Assembly: GCA_963981525.1 (NCBI GenBank)
Contig: CAXCDZ010000001.1
Coordinates: 11,217 to 75,216 of the forward strand
From: an uncultured bacterium
Lineage (GTDB): Bacteria > Patescibacteriota > Microgenomatia > UBA1400 > UBA12108
Reading direction: 5' to 3'
Length of the DNA stretch: 64,000 nt
Part shown: one piece after another, positions 19,767-30,710 of the stretch
Numbering within the stretch: position 1 is the stretch's first letter
Layout: each line of letters starts with the position of its first letter
Position numbers and translations under genes: made by a program
Notes under the pieces: generated by a model
Told to the model about the DNA's origin: nothing
What the model saw: only the letters and a program-made list of their open reading frames with translations
Database searches by the model: none

Positions 19767-20993
19767 CTATTTATTATAAAACAAATCTTGAATAGATTCT
19801 GCAGTATTTTTCCAGCTAAACTTGTTGACGATCGATTTCCTGGCTTTACGGGAAGCCTGCTGATATTTATTGGTATCCATCTTCATGACTTTTACGATGG
19901 CCTTGACCATCTTACCTGTGTCACGAGGGTCGACTAGATGGCCTGTAACGCCATCAACTACGTCTTCGTTCTTGACTGGATATCTAACGGCGAGAGTGCC
20001 GCAGGAGAGCGCCTCTTTTACCGGGAGAGCCATCGAGGTGGTACCAGACCGCTCAGAGTATGAGCATTGGACGAGAACCTTGGCCAGAGAGTATAGCTGG
20101 GGGAGGATGTGATAATCAACAAAACCTAGGAACTCAACAGAACTCTCTAGCTTGAGTTCGCTTGCCAGATTACGAAGTTTTTGCTCGGCCTTAGGATTCT
20201 TGATGGTTGAGGTGATTATCAGATGAGCTGATGGCACCTTTTTTTTGACTAGTGCGAATATTTTGATCATTTTGTCGGTACCTTTGACGGGAGAGTAATC
20301 AGTGCTGTGCACGACAACTTGCTTTCCTTTGTACTTTTTCTTGAGAGCACTGCTGGCAAATGGCTTGAAATGATCGGTGTTAATGCCTGCGTAGGAAATT
20401 GCGGGATTGACTCCAAAAATTTCTCTTATGTACTTTGCTGTCGTTTGATTGAGGGTAATTGTAGAGGTAGTTTTTTTAGTTGCTTTAATATCCATTTTTT
20501 TATAGGTAAGTGAGAGTGATCTGATTAAGAATCGCTTAAAAATTGGGAAATTGCTGATAAAGTCTTGATCGTGAAAAAAAGCAAATGGCTCAAAAATGTA
20601 CTGGATATGGCGAGATTGTGTTTTTGCCGCTAGATAATTGCCAACTACGTTCATGGGAAACATGTTTGAAACTATGATTGGTTTTTCACCCAACTCAAGA
20701 CTACTATTGGCTAGTCTTAAAATTGCAATGTTTTCCCACACAATTTGTATTGGGAGAGTTAGCCAGTAAATGAGAGAAGTTGAGGTTAGCTTATTAAGAG
20801 AAAGGAGTTGAACATCAAGCTTGGAGTAGTTATCCATCGCCTCAATAGAGGTGTTTTCGACGATAATAGTGATGCGAAATTTTTTACTAAGGATCTTTAT
20901 AACCTCGTAGATGAATTTGGTCCCTCCCATCCAGTAGAGGAAATGAGTATGAAGCCAAAATATATGAAGTTGTTTTTTCTTATTTTTTTTCAT
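19767..20993 (-). CDS. GT4 glycosyltransferase
   Basis: MGGTK, GINTDHF, FLGFV, divergent SMALPVKEALSCG. Confidence 0.85.
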   Translation of the reverse strand: MKKNKKKQLHIFWLHTHFLYWMGGTKFIYEVIKILSKKFRITIIVENTSIEAMDNYSKLDVQLLSLNKLTSTSLIYWLTLPIQIVWENIAILRLANSSLELGEKPIIVSNMFPMNVVGNYLAAKTQSRHIQYIFEPFAFFHDQDFISNFPIFKRFLIRSLSLTYKKMDIKATKKTTSTITLNQTTAKYIREIFGVNPAISYAGINTDHFKPFASSALKKKYKGKQVVVHSTDYSPVKGTDKMIKIFALVKKKVPSAHLIITSTIKNPKAEQKLRNLASELKLESSVEFLGFVDYHILPQLYSLAKVLVQCSYSERSGTTSMALPVKEALSCGTLAVRYPVKNEDVVDGVTGHLVDPRDTGKMVKAIVKVMKMDTNKYQQASRKARKSIVNKFSWKNTAESIQDLFYNK

Positions 20994-22317
20994 TTAAATA
21001 GTCTGCTAGATGGGTAAAGGCAAAATACATTAGTAGTGGTGTAAATGATAGCATCATTCTGGCAGCTGAGGGGCCAATAGAGGACCAAACGGTGTATTTT
21101 TGGGCAAAAATGTAGCCTCCGCCCAAGAGAATCGCTGTGCCTAGAGTAAAAATAATTAGCCATGCTGGGCGAATGCGCTTTCTTTCTCTAATCGTGAGGA
21201 ATGCTGCAAGAGCGGCAAGTAAGGTTGGGATCTTGATGTATGTAAGATAGTTTTTGACCAAGAAGAGCTCGATCTGGAATAGTTCTTTAAGGTTAAAATT
21301 AGCGAGAATTGATCCTAAGGAGATGCTAACCAGTCGTTTATTCGTGAGGTCAACAACAGCATAGGATGTCCAGAGATATCTGGAGAGAAAAAATAAGGCG
21401 ATTAGGACAGATGATTTAATAACTGATTTTCTTTTGACCATTTGGTAGAGCATGACTGAGATAGTAATAAGCCAGAAGGGCTCTAGAGATCTTGTGAAAA
21501 AAGAGGATAGGAGCATAAGAGTCGAGATCGTGGGTGAGTAGTTTTTTTTGTCGATGAGAAAATATATCGAGAAAAAGAAGAATATGGTGTACGGGAGATT
21601 GGTGTAGGCGATGGTTGAGTGCGAAAATAGTTCGGGAGATGCAGCAAGAATGAGAGGAAATAGGTGAGTTAGTTTGGGCTTGCCTGATCGTATCCCCCAT
21701 TTTTCATAGAAAAGTAGCACGAGACTAAGATAGAAGCCAAAGTACACTATCATCGGCGTTGAGGCACCCAAGATATAGCTCCAGGCATGCAAACTAGATG
21801 TCATAAATGGATAGCTATAGTAGTAGTCAAAATTGCTATAGGTATCGTGAATGTCGTTCCTAAAATCTTCGATCCGGATGTTTTCTGAGAAGACTCTGCC
21901 CCGGAAATCATAGAGAGTGAGAGCGTCCCAGTCTGTGACTGGCCAAGAGAGATTGTGGAGCAGAATGGTAGAAATAAATGCAATTAGGAGAAGGTTGAGA
22001 GGAAGCTTGAGGGTAGACATATATTTTGTAAGACTTATTCTCTTCCATACCCCACTACGCACGACTCGGAAGATGAAGTAAGCAAGAGAGATAATAGCTG
22101 CAGAGAAAACTAGCTGATGCGAAATGTTAGCTCCCGATATCATAATTGCGGTAAAGACAATGTTAATAAGGGTCGCCCCCAAGAGGAATGAGATCGAGAG
22201 AGTGAGGAGTGAGGATAACTTGTGAGCGAAGCGATTCCTGAATAGATCAAGACATGTCCACCCGAGAAGAGTAATTGTGAGGTATCCAGCAAATAGATTG
22301 ATAAGTGAAATAATCAT
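20980..22317 (-). CDS. GT-C-like membrane glycosyltransferase (paralog of 25695..27014)
   Basis: WPVTDWDALTLYDFR, YSYP, YTNLPY, EPFWL; about 12 TM segments. Confidence 0.75.
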   Translation of the reverse strand: MIISLINLFAGYLTITLLGWTCLDLFRNRFAHKLSSLLTLSISFLLGATLINIVFTAIMISGANISHQLVFSAAIISLAYFIFRVVRSGVWKRISLTKYMSTLKLPLNLLLIAFISTILLHNLSWPVTDWDALTLYDFRGRVFSENIRIEDFRNDIHDTYSNFDYYYSYPFMTSSLHAWSYILGASTPMIVYFGFYLSLVLLFYEKWGIRSGKPKLTHLFPLILAASPELFSHSTIAYTNLPYTIFFFFSIYFLIDKKNYSPTISTLMLLSSFFTRSLEPFWLITISVMLYQMVKRKSVIKSSVLIALFFLSRYLWTSYAVVDLTNKRLVSISLGSILANFNLKELFQIELFLVKNYLTYIKIPTLLAALAAFLTIRERKRIRPAWLIIFTLGTAILLGGGYIFAQKYTVWSSIGPSAARMMLSFTPLLMYFAFTHLADYLNEKK

Positions 22318-22319
22318 AA

Positions 22320-23894
22320 CTATTTTATCCTCATTTCCCTAAGGAGATCTTCTCCTAGATTTGGACTCTCGTGTGTTAGCAGACTTGAGAGAATTGAGGC
22401 ATATCTTCTTGCCTCTTTTTGATTATTCTCTTGCATATTGAGATAGTATAGTCCGACTAGAGACTCTAGATTACTACTCTTGAGTAACAAGGCTTGCTCA
22501 TAGAGCTCCCTGGCCTGGTCAAAGTCTCCCATTGTGTAGTGATAGGCACCAAGATTAGATAGTTGCTCTGAGGTCATGAGGTCATCGTTATGATCTAGCT
22601 TTCCCACCTTGGCAATGGCTTCACCGTAAAGGTATGGGAGAGGAGCGCGATTAGTGTACTTGAGGTATATCCCTAAGATAGATTGAGCGTCAGATAACCC
22701 TGCTTGGACGTCAGAGATATTTAGTTGAATAGTGGTGAGTTGATTCTTGATTGTGTTGGGATTGCCCTCATATTCAAAGTCGCCTTTTTCGTGATCATCT
22801 ACGTAAGCAACGACGCTTACTGAGTATGATAGATTTGAGTTTAGTTCGACTTTGACTAAATTTGCTGTCGCTAAGTCTTCTATTACAACCTCTTGATAGA
22901 TGTCGTCTAACTCGTTATCACCACCATCTTCTCCCAATGAGACTTCTTCTAGCAAGCTTAAAATAGATTCGCTACCATCAAGTCTTTCTATAATAATGTT
23001 GTTGATAGAGGCATCCAAGGTCCTTGGTAGTAGTGTTTGTACCTCAGCAATGGGAACAGGTAGGATCGGCCAGCCGTAAAATGATTCTGAGGATGGGTAA
23101 AGGATGGTATTGCCGGCGGTAATCATAATCCAGTCTGCAGAGTTGAGTGAGGAATAAAAATCCTCATTTGTTGCGGAGTAGAGTTGTCGTGGATAGAGAA
23201 AATAGCGAAGAAGTAGCTGATTACCCTCCATTTGCCAGGGGTTTTCCTGAGGTGGATGGGCAACTGAGGAGTCTTCTGGGACTACATCCTGATACAGAAC
23301 AACATGATCATAGTAGTCTCCCCAAACCGTCTTCATTCTTTGACGATAAGTTGCCGTATCCTCCCCTACTAGACGGTGGATTAGGCTTGGGAAGTAAGCT
23401 AATGAAAAATAGACAGTGCTGATAAATGAGTAAACTATGATTACTGCGGTGATAATGGGGACAGGCGATAGTTTTTTGGGTTTGGGAATTATTGAGGAAA
23501 GATACATTCCAGCAGAGAAAGTCAAAGTGAGGAAGGTTATCTCTGGATGAATGTGAACGTGGGAGAATACATATCCGGTTCCATTTCTTATCTCTACAAG
23601 AATTAGCAATAAATATATGGTGCTCGCAAGTGGTAGTAACACTATTCGATTAAACCTTGAGATAAATATGTCATCTTCTGACTTAGTCTTATGCAGCCAG
23701 TTAAGGAAAATGGTCATGACAATTAGAATCTTGATATCTATTCCAATAAAGTTGGAAACGAATCCATCGTATAAATATGCTTCTGTGAGAGAAAGCAATA
23801 TTACCAATAAGAATATATGTCTATTCATGCGTATAGGTATAGACATACTTTTGCTAAGTAATCTTCTAAATGATTTTGAGTAATGCTTATCCAT
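22320..23894 (-). CDS. Uncharacterised membrane protein with an acidic soluble domain and C-terminal TPR (paralog of 27016..28008)
   Basis: N-terminal TMs, RYFLYPR motif, TPR-like LSNLGAYHYTMGDFDQARELYEQALLLKSSN. Confidence 0.7.
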   Translation of the reverse strand: MDKHYSKSFRRLLSKSMSIPIRMNRHIFLLVILLSLTEAYLYDGFVSNFIGIDIKILIVMTIFLNWLHKTKSEDDIFISRFNRIVLLPLASTIYLLLILVEIRNGTGYVFSHVHIHPEITFLTLTFSAGMYLSSIIPKPKKLSPVPIITAVIIVYSFISTVYFSLAYFPSLIHRLVGEDTATYRQRMKTVWGDYYDHVVLYQDVVPEDSSVAHPPQENPWQMEGNQLLLRYFLYPRQLYSATNEDFYSSLNSADWIMITAGNTILYPSSESFYGWPILPVPIAEVQTLLPRTLDASINNIIIERLDGSESILSLLEEVSLGEDGGDNELDDIYQEVVIEDLATANLVKVELNSNLSYSVSVVAYVDDHEKGDFEYEGNPNTIKNQLTTIQLNISDVQAGLSDAQSILGIYLKYTNRAPLPYLYGEAIAKVGKLDHNDDLMTSEQLSNLGAYHYTMGDFDQARELYEQALLLKSSNLESLVGLYYLNMQENNQKEARRYASILSSLLTHESPNLGEDLLREMRIK

Positions 23895-23902
23895 ATATAT
23901 TC

Positions 23903-23908
23903 ATTCTA
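23903..23908 (-). promoter_or_regulatory. -10 box TAGAAT, 8 nt before ATG 23894
   Basis: TAGAAT-gaatatat-ATG. Confidence 0.4.
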
Positions 23909-23910
23909 AA

Positions 23911-24759
23911 TTACTTCGGTAAAATAGCTACAATGTTAAGTATTCGACTGTTAATGTCTCCAAGTGGAATTTTGGACAGCTTACCCCCCTCTTTGAGGAT
24001 GTAGGTTTTATATCCACAGCTATTCAATAGATCCAGTGTCTTCGTGTTCGAATGACCATAATTACGCGAGTTTTTGTTTAACTCTACAATAATAACTGCT
24101 ATTTTTTTACCAAGGAGTGCTTTTTTTGCACCGAGTAGGACATCATATTCTGCTCCCTCAACGTCGATTTTGAGTATTTTAATTTGGCTTATCTTTTCCT
24201 TACGTATTACATGATCTAATGTAGTAACTCTAACCTCAATATTGCCTTGTTCGTTATTGATTGTATGTGAAATATGATTCGTTTCAGATATTTTAGTTGT
24301 TCTGAAGGTTGATTTTCCCTTTTTACTAGATAGTGCTTGATCAAATATGCGAACAGTATTTACGAGATTATTTAGTAACACATTTTCATATAATCTCTCC
24401 CTTGATTGTTGTGTTGGTTCAAATGCAAATATTCTACCCTTGGTAATCTTAGAAGCTGCAATAAGTGACATCTCGCCTATTCCTGACCCAACATCAACAA
24501 ACACATCGTCACTCCCTAGATTGTGATAGATGTATTCCATTTCTGCATACTCTGGCCATCCTTCATACACGATCAGGCTTCCAAATGAACTATCAGGGTA
24601 ACAGATACATTTTGTTTCTGGAGTTAATTGTATCAAGGCTGGAATCTTAAATGTTACTTGATTAATTCTCCACCAAATGACTCTAAGCAGGGCAATGTAC
24701 TTATGATTAGTGTTATTGGGATGGATTGTTATTCTGTATAGAGCTTTAATAATACTCAT
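23911..24759 (-). CDS. FkbM family methyltransferase
   Basis: FVDVGSGIG, FAFEP, TTLD, ILKIDVEGAEYDVL. Confidence 0.92.
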   Translation of the reverse strand: MSIIKALYRITIHPNNTNHKYIALLRVIWWRINQVTFKIPALIQLTPETKCICYPDSSFGSLIVYEGWPEYAEMEYIYHNLGSDDVFVDVGSGIGEMSLIAASKITKGRIFAFEPTQQSRERLYENVLLNNLVNTVRIFDQALSSKKGKSTFRTTKISETNHISHTINNEQGNIEVRVTTLDHVIRKEKISQIKILKIDVEGAEYDVLLGAKKALLGKKIAVIIVELNKNSRNYGHSNTKTLDLLNSCGYKTYILKEGGKLSKIPLGDINSRILNIVAILPK

Positions 24760-24762
24760 GTT

Positions 24763-25716
24763 TTAATTATGATTAATTGCTACATATATTTGGATAATAA
24801 TATTTCTTGCTATTGTAAATAAATTTTTATTTGATAACTGCTTTTCTAATGCAGTGTCATATTCTGTATTTACTTCGATTTTTGATGGATGAATATACGG
24901 AGTGTGTAGTTTCCTGGTGGGTAAGTTAGCTATACTATGAATATCAAACTTGGTATGTGTTGCATTTTTACCAAACCCGATATTTGATACTAAATTTTTA
25001 CTTGGAACAATGGTAAGCAAATTATTTTTTAATTGACAGAAAAAAAACTGGTAATCCCAAGTGTCAATCTTTCCTTCGAAGCACTTTTGGAAAAGGTTTT
25101 TCCAGTATGTATAAGCCCTTTCAGAGTAGAATTTTGTGCAAAATTCTCCCGAATCTTTAACGTTTTTCCAGTCTTTCATATTAACGTCATATAAATCCCA
25201 AACTCGCTTCCAGGTTGCCCAGCCCCATATCTGACTATGTGATGAAAATAGATAACTATCATGGATATTAATGCCACCTTCGTATGGATTACTACCAGAT
25301 ATGCTTGATATTCTTGTATTATGCTTATATTTATCTAGTAGCTTATCGCAATACTCAAAGAAGTATATGTTTGGCAAACAATCGTCTTCCAATATAATTC
25401 CTTCACTCTCATTTTGAAAAAACCAAGTAATTGCTTGTGTAACTCCTAACTTACATCCCAAATTTTGCTCTCTAAACAATGTTTTCACCGAGCACTTCCA
25501 ATTTATTTTTTTAACAATTGATCTTGTTTGGCTAATTTTTTCTAATTCACTCTTCGTTGCGTTCTGAGATGGCCCATCCGCTGCAATATATATTTTTTTT
25601 GGCTTAACTTTTTGTATTATTTTAAATACTTTTTCTGTTTCTTCTGGCTTGTTGTAAATAATGAACAGTAGTGGCTTGCTGACTTGATACTTTTTCACGA
25701 TTTTTGCCCTTTCCAT
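24763..25716 (-). CDS. Nucleotide-diphospho-sugar transferase (GT-A)
   Basis: IYIAADGP, NLGCK, AITWFF, IILEDDC, WGWATW, DTWDYQ, NLVSNIGFG. Confidence 0.88.
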   Translation of the reverse strand: MERAKIVKKYQVSKPLLFIIYNKPEETEKVFKIIQKVKPKKIYIAADGPSQNATKSELEKISQTRSIVKKINWKCSVKTLFREQNLGCKLGVTQAITWFFQNESEGIILEDDCLPNIYFFEYCDKLLDKYKHNTRISSISGSNPYEGGINIHDSYLFSSHSQIWGWATWKRVWDLYDVNMKDWKNVKDSGEFCTKFYSERAYTYWKNLFQKCFEGKIDTWDYQFFFCQLKNNLLTIVPSKNLVSNIGFGKNATHTKFDIHSIANLPTRKLHTPYIHPSKIEVNTEYDTALEKQLSNKNLFTIARNIIIQIYVAINHN

Positions 25717-27014
25717 CTAAAAAATATAGATTGACTAATTAAATATATAGATAGAGGTATTATAAATATTGCCATACGCTGAGCAGAATTTCCTATTTGA
25801 TCCCATGTTTCATAGCGAATGCTAAAAATATAAGTCCCGATGAAAAACATTGCGAGAGAGGTAACTATAGTTAGCATAACAACCTTAATGCTAGTTGAGA
25901 AGCTACGATAATTATATATGAACAATAATGCTGTAACACCGATCGCGTAGTAGAGATAAGCGTCCGGTCTAAGAATATTAGCCCATATATACTCTAGAAC
26001 TACCCTAATTTGTGAGACTTCTAGGTTGGCAACTAAGATACGGAGATCGCTAATAATTCCAGAGGAAGAAGGGGTCGCGTAAGTATTGTTTAGTGATTTA
26101 AACCTTTGCCATGGTATTTGAACTATCTTTACCATAATCAGATAGGTCAATGTACTTATACCTTTGTTTCGAAATCCCTTGGTGAGCAAAAGCATGGCAG
26201 GAATCACAGCTAGCCAAAATGGCTCTATTCTAATCCAGGTGCTGAGCGCAATCAGAAGCATGCCTAGATATAGCCTCCCCCTCTTGCCGTTAATGCCTTC
26301 GGCTAGGTATATGTACCCAAGCGCGAGGAAGGTAGCGTATGGGAGATTGGAATAAGTCATGTGCGCTTGTTCATAGATCGCAGTAACAAATCCCAAGCAG
26401 ACTGTCCAGAACAATGCATAGGAAGGAGAGGTTTTCCTGGCGATTAATGAGTAGAAGATTGTTAGGAGGGAAATGTATATAAGTGAGTAGATGATGGTCG
26501 GTGAGTAGAAGCTCATTGAGTATACCCAGGTGTTACTAAGAGAGGTAAATAATGGATAGCTAAAATCATATCCCGTTCTAAATCCCTCATCCATAAAACC
26601 AGTGTTGATAAATGAGATTGCTCGATAGTCATAGAGGGCAAGAGAGTCCCAGTCTTTGGCTGGCCAGTATAAGCCGTACAGCAAAACTGGAACCAGAAAG
26701 AAAATGCCAAAGAGGATTGTAATGATTGTGGTTATTTTGCCAGACCTCTTAACCAATGGAGTGGGTCTAGTATTCCTTGCTAGATATGCTGAGATAATAA
26801 AAAGAACGACAAGGAGAGAGTTTGACTCAAGAGCAGCATATTTTAGCCCGGCAAGATTAGTAAGAAATAGAGCTAAGGTAAATAGTCCAAGTCCGATTAG
26901 ATAGCCTAGGGCAAGTGATTCGACTCTAGCTGCATCAGGATAGATGAGTCTGACAATGTTTCTCCCAAAAAGGGTAACTAGGATAAGTCCGATAAATAGT
27001 AATAGTAATCCCAT
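25695..27014 (-). CDS. GT-C-like membrane glycosyltransferase (paralog of 20980..22317)
   Basis: WPAKDWDSLALYDYR, FSYP, YSNLPY, EPFWL; ATG at 27014, 1 nt after the upstream stop. Confidence 0.75.
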   Translation of the reverse strand: MGLLLLFIGLILVTLFGRNIVRLIYPDAARVESLALGYLIGLGLFTLALFLTNLAGLKYAALESNSLLVVLFIISAYLARNTRPTPLVKRSGKITTIITILFGIFFLVPVLLYGLYWPAKDWDSLALYDYRAISFINTGFMDEGFRTGYDFSYPLFTSLSNTWVYSMSFYSPTIIYSLIYISLLTIFYSLIARKTSPSYALFWTVCLGFVTAIYEQAHMTYSNLPYATFLALGYIYLAEGINGKRGRLYLGMLLIALSTWIRIEPFWLAVIPAMLLLTKGFRNKGISTLTYLIMVKIVQIPWQRFKSLNNTYATPSSSGIISDLRILVANLEVSQIRVVLEYIWANILRPDAYLYYAIGVTALLFIYNYRSFSTSIKVVMLTIVTSLAMFFIGTYIFSIRYETWDQIGNSAQRMAIFIIPLSIYLISQSIFFRWKGQKS

Positions 27015-27015
27015 A

Positions 27016-28943
<1,928 letters not shown>

Positions 28944-29717
28944 TTACTTAAGAAGATCGTAGACAAAACGAACTAGGCCAGAGTGAATCTTGTGAAGGGA
29001 GAGGTGGATGGGGGTAGCACCGTTTCTTGCCAGGGCAATATCTCCCTCATCCATGAGTTTGCGTCTGCCTGTTTGTGATTTGCTATTTTGCTGATCTCGA
29101 AAGCCGGAGAGGGCCACCTTGAGATCATGTGGCTTGTAGTGCTTGCTCATCCTTAGCCAGTAATCGTAGTCCATCACGTAGTGGTACTTATCATTAAACT
29201 CACCTATCTTCTCGTAAACTCGTCGAGACCAGAAAGTAGAAGGCTGCGGTAACATCGAGTCGGCAACCATGAGAGTAGTTCTGGAATATATGGCCATAAG
29301 AAAGCGTTTGTAGCCAGAAATTATCCAGTTGTTTTTGCTAACCTCACCCTTCTCGTTAATAACCAAGCAATCCCCCGTAATCCAGTCAGCACCTGTGCGG
29401 GCGTAATACTCCCCCACTCTCTTGAGGGTGCCGGTGAGATAGATGTCATCAGAATTAAGATATGCTAAGACATCACCTGACGTGAGCTTGAGACCTTTGT
29501 TAATAGCATCAGTCTGTCCCTGATCTTTTTCACTAACCCACTTGAGCTTGTTTCCGTAACTTTTGAGGATCTTAACAGTGTCGTCAGTGCTGCCTCCATC
29601 GATTACGAAGTATTCTAGGTTCTTGTAGCCTTGTGAGAGGACGCTATCGATCGTATCTTTGATGTACTGACCCTGGTTGTAGGAAGGGGTGATAATACTG
29701 ATCTTGGGAAGCTTCAT
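28944..29717 (-). CDS. GT2 glycosyltransferase (WcaE/WfgS-like)
   Basis: ISIITPSYNQ, IDGGSTD, SEKDQGQTDAINKG, YLNSDD, QPSTFW, MDYDYWLR. Confidence 0.92.
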   Translation of the reverse strand: MKLPKISIITPSYNQGQYIKDTIDSVLSQGYKNLEYFVIDGGSTDDTVKILKSYGNKLKWVSEKDQGQTDAINKGLKLTSGDVLAYLNSDDIYLTGTLKRVGEYYARTGADWITGDCLVINEKGEVSKNNWIISGYKRFLMAIYSRTTLMVADSMLPQPSTFWSRRVYEKIGEFNDKYHYVMDYDYWLRMSKHYKPHDLKVALSGFRDQQNSKSQTGRRKLMDEGDIALARNGATPIHLSLHKIHSGLVRFVYDLLK

Positions 29718-30046
29718 TTGGAGTCTGCTTGCTTAATTGCCTTGTCTCTCACTACCTTCTCAAGCTTTTGTCTGAGCTTATTGATTTGGATGCGATTCTC
29801 AATTAGAAGTGCATAGGATCCCATAAAGGCAAATATTACAATCACGTCTGTGAGGCGATTAACCTCGAATATCCTTCTGAGAAAGTTAGCTGATGACTCG
29901 ACAGCTACAATGATGCCCAGGGCAAATAGGCTTAACAACCATGACATTGCCTCTACTTTTGGGAGTTCACCTTTTTTGTAGTGAATCCTCACGACATACA
30001 TCATAAACAAGATGAATAGGACCGACAAGATTTGGATTCCTAGCAT
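29714..30046 (-). CDS. DUF2304 family small membrane protein (GacJ/Rv3632-like)
   Basis: 110 aa, 3 TM segments, C-terminal coiled KLRQKLEKVVRDKAI; follows a DPM-like GT2. Confidence 0.8.
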   Translation of the reverse strand: MLGIQILSVLFILFMMYVVRIHYKKGELPKVEAMSWLLSLFALGIIVAVESSANFLRRIFEVNRLTDVIVIFAFMGSYALLIENRIQINKLRQKLEKVVRDKAIKQADSK

Positions 30047-30047
30047 T

Positions 30048-30710
30048 TTACCTCCATAGCCAATATGGCAATTTAATTAGTATTCTAACAGCGTCTAGCA
30101 TATTAAAGCCATACTCCTTACCATGATAAACTGTACTGATAGGGATCTCAGTGAAGTTAAGGTTGCCTTTGGCAATCCTGACAGCGATCTCTGTCTCTAC
30201 CTCATAACCTGCTGAATGCCAGATAATTTTGCGATAAGCTGAGCGAGTCATAGCCTTGAAACCAGAGGGGATATCGGCAATGTAATGGCGAAAAAGAAGA
30301 TTGATGAGAATGGAGATACTTTTGTTACCAAGAACTCTCATTAATGGCATCTTGGCATCTAGCTGACGAACACCTAAAACTATGTCCGCTCCTTTATTAA
30401 GTGCTTGCTTGAAATGCTTGAGATCTCCCACCTCATGCTGATCATCACCGTCCATAAAAATGACTGCATCGGCACCCATTTTTTTGAAAGCATATTGGCA
30501 GCCTGTTTTCATTGCAGCCCCCTTGCCTAGGTTTACCATGTGAGAGAGGCACTTGACGCCGCGCTCCCTGACTATCTTCCTGGTGTTGTCCAAGCTACCA
30601 TCGTTGACTACGATGATGTTTTTTTTGCCAACCCCAGCTTCGAGCTTAGTTAGAAACCTCCCAATATACTTGGCCTCGTTATAGGCGGTAATAATGACGG
30701 CAATCTTCAC
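30048..30710 (-). CDS. Polyprenol-phosphate-sugar synthase (DPM1/GacI/PpgS-like GT2)
   Basis: AYNEA, VNDGSLD, NLGKGAA, MDGDDQH, SGFKA, YEVETE, EIPISTVY. Confidence 0.88.
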   Translation of the reverse strand: MKIAVIITAYNEAKYIGRFLTKLEAGVGKKNIIVVNDGSLDNTRKIVRERGVKCLSHMVNLGKGAAMKTGCQYAFKKMGADAVIFMDGDDQHEVGDLKHFKQALNKGADIVLGVRQLDAKMPLMRVLGNKSISILINLLFRHYIADIPSGFKAMTRSAYRKIIWHSAGYEVETEIAVRIAKGNLNFTEIPISTVYHGKEYGFNMLDAVRILIKLPYWLWR

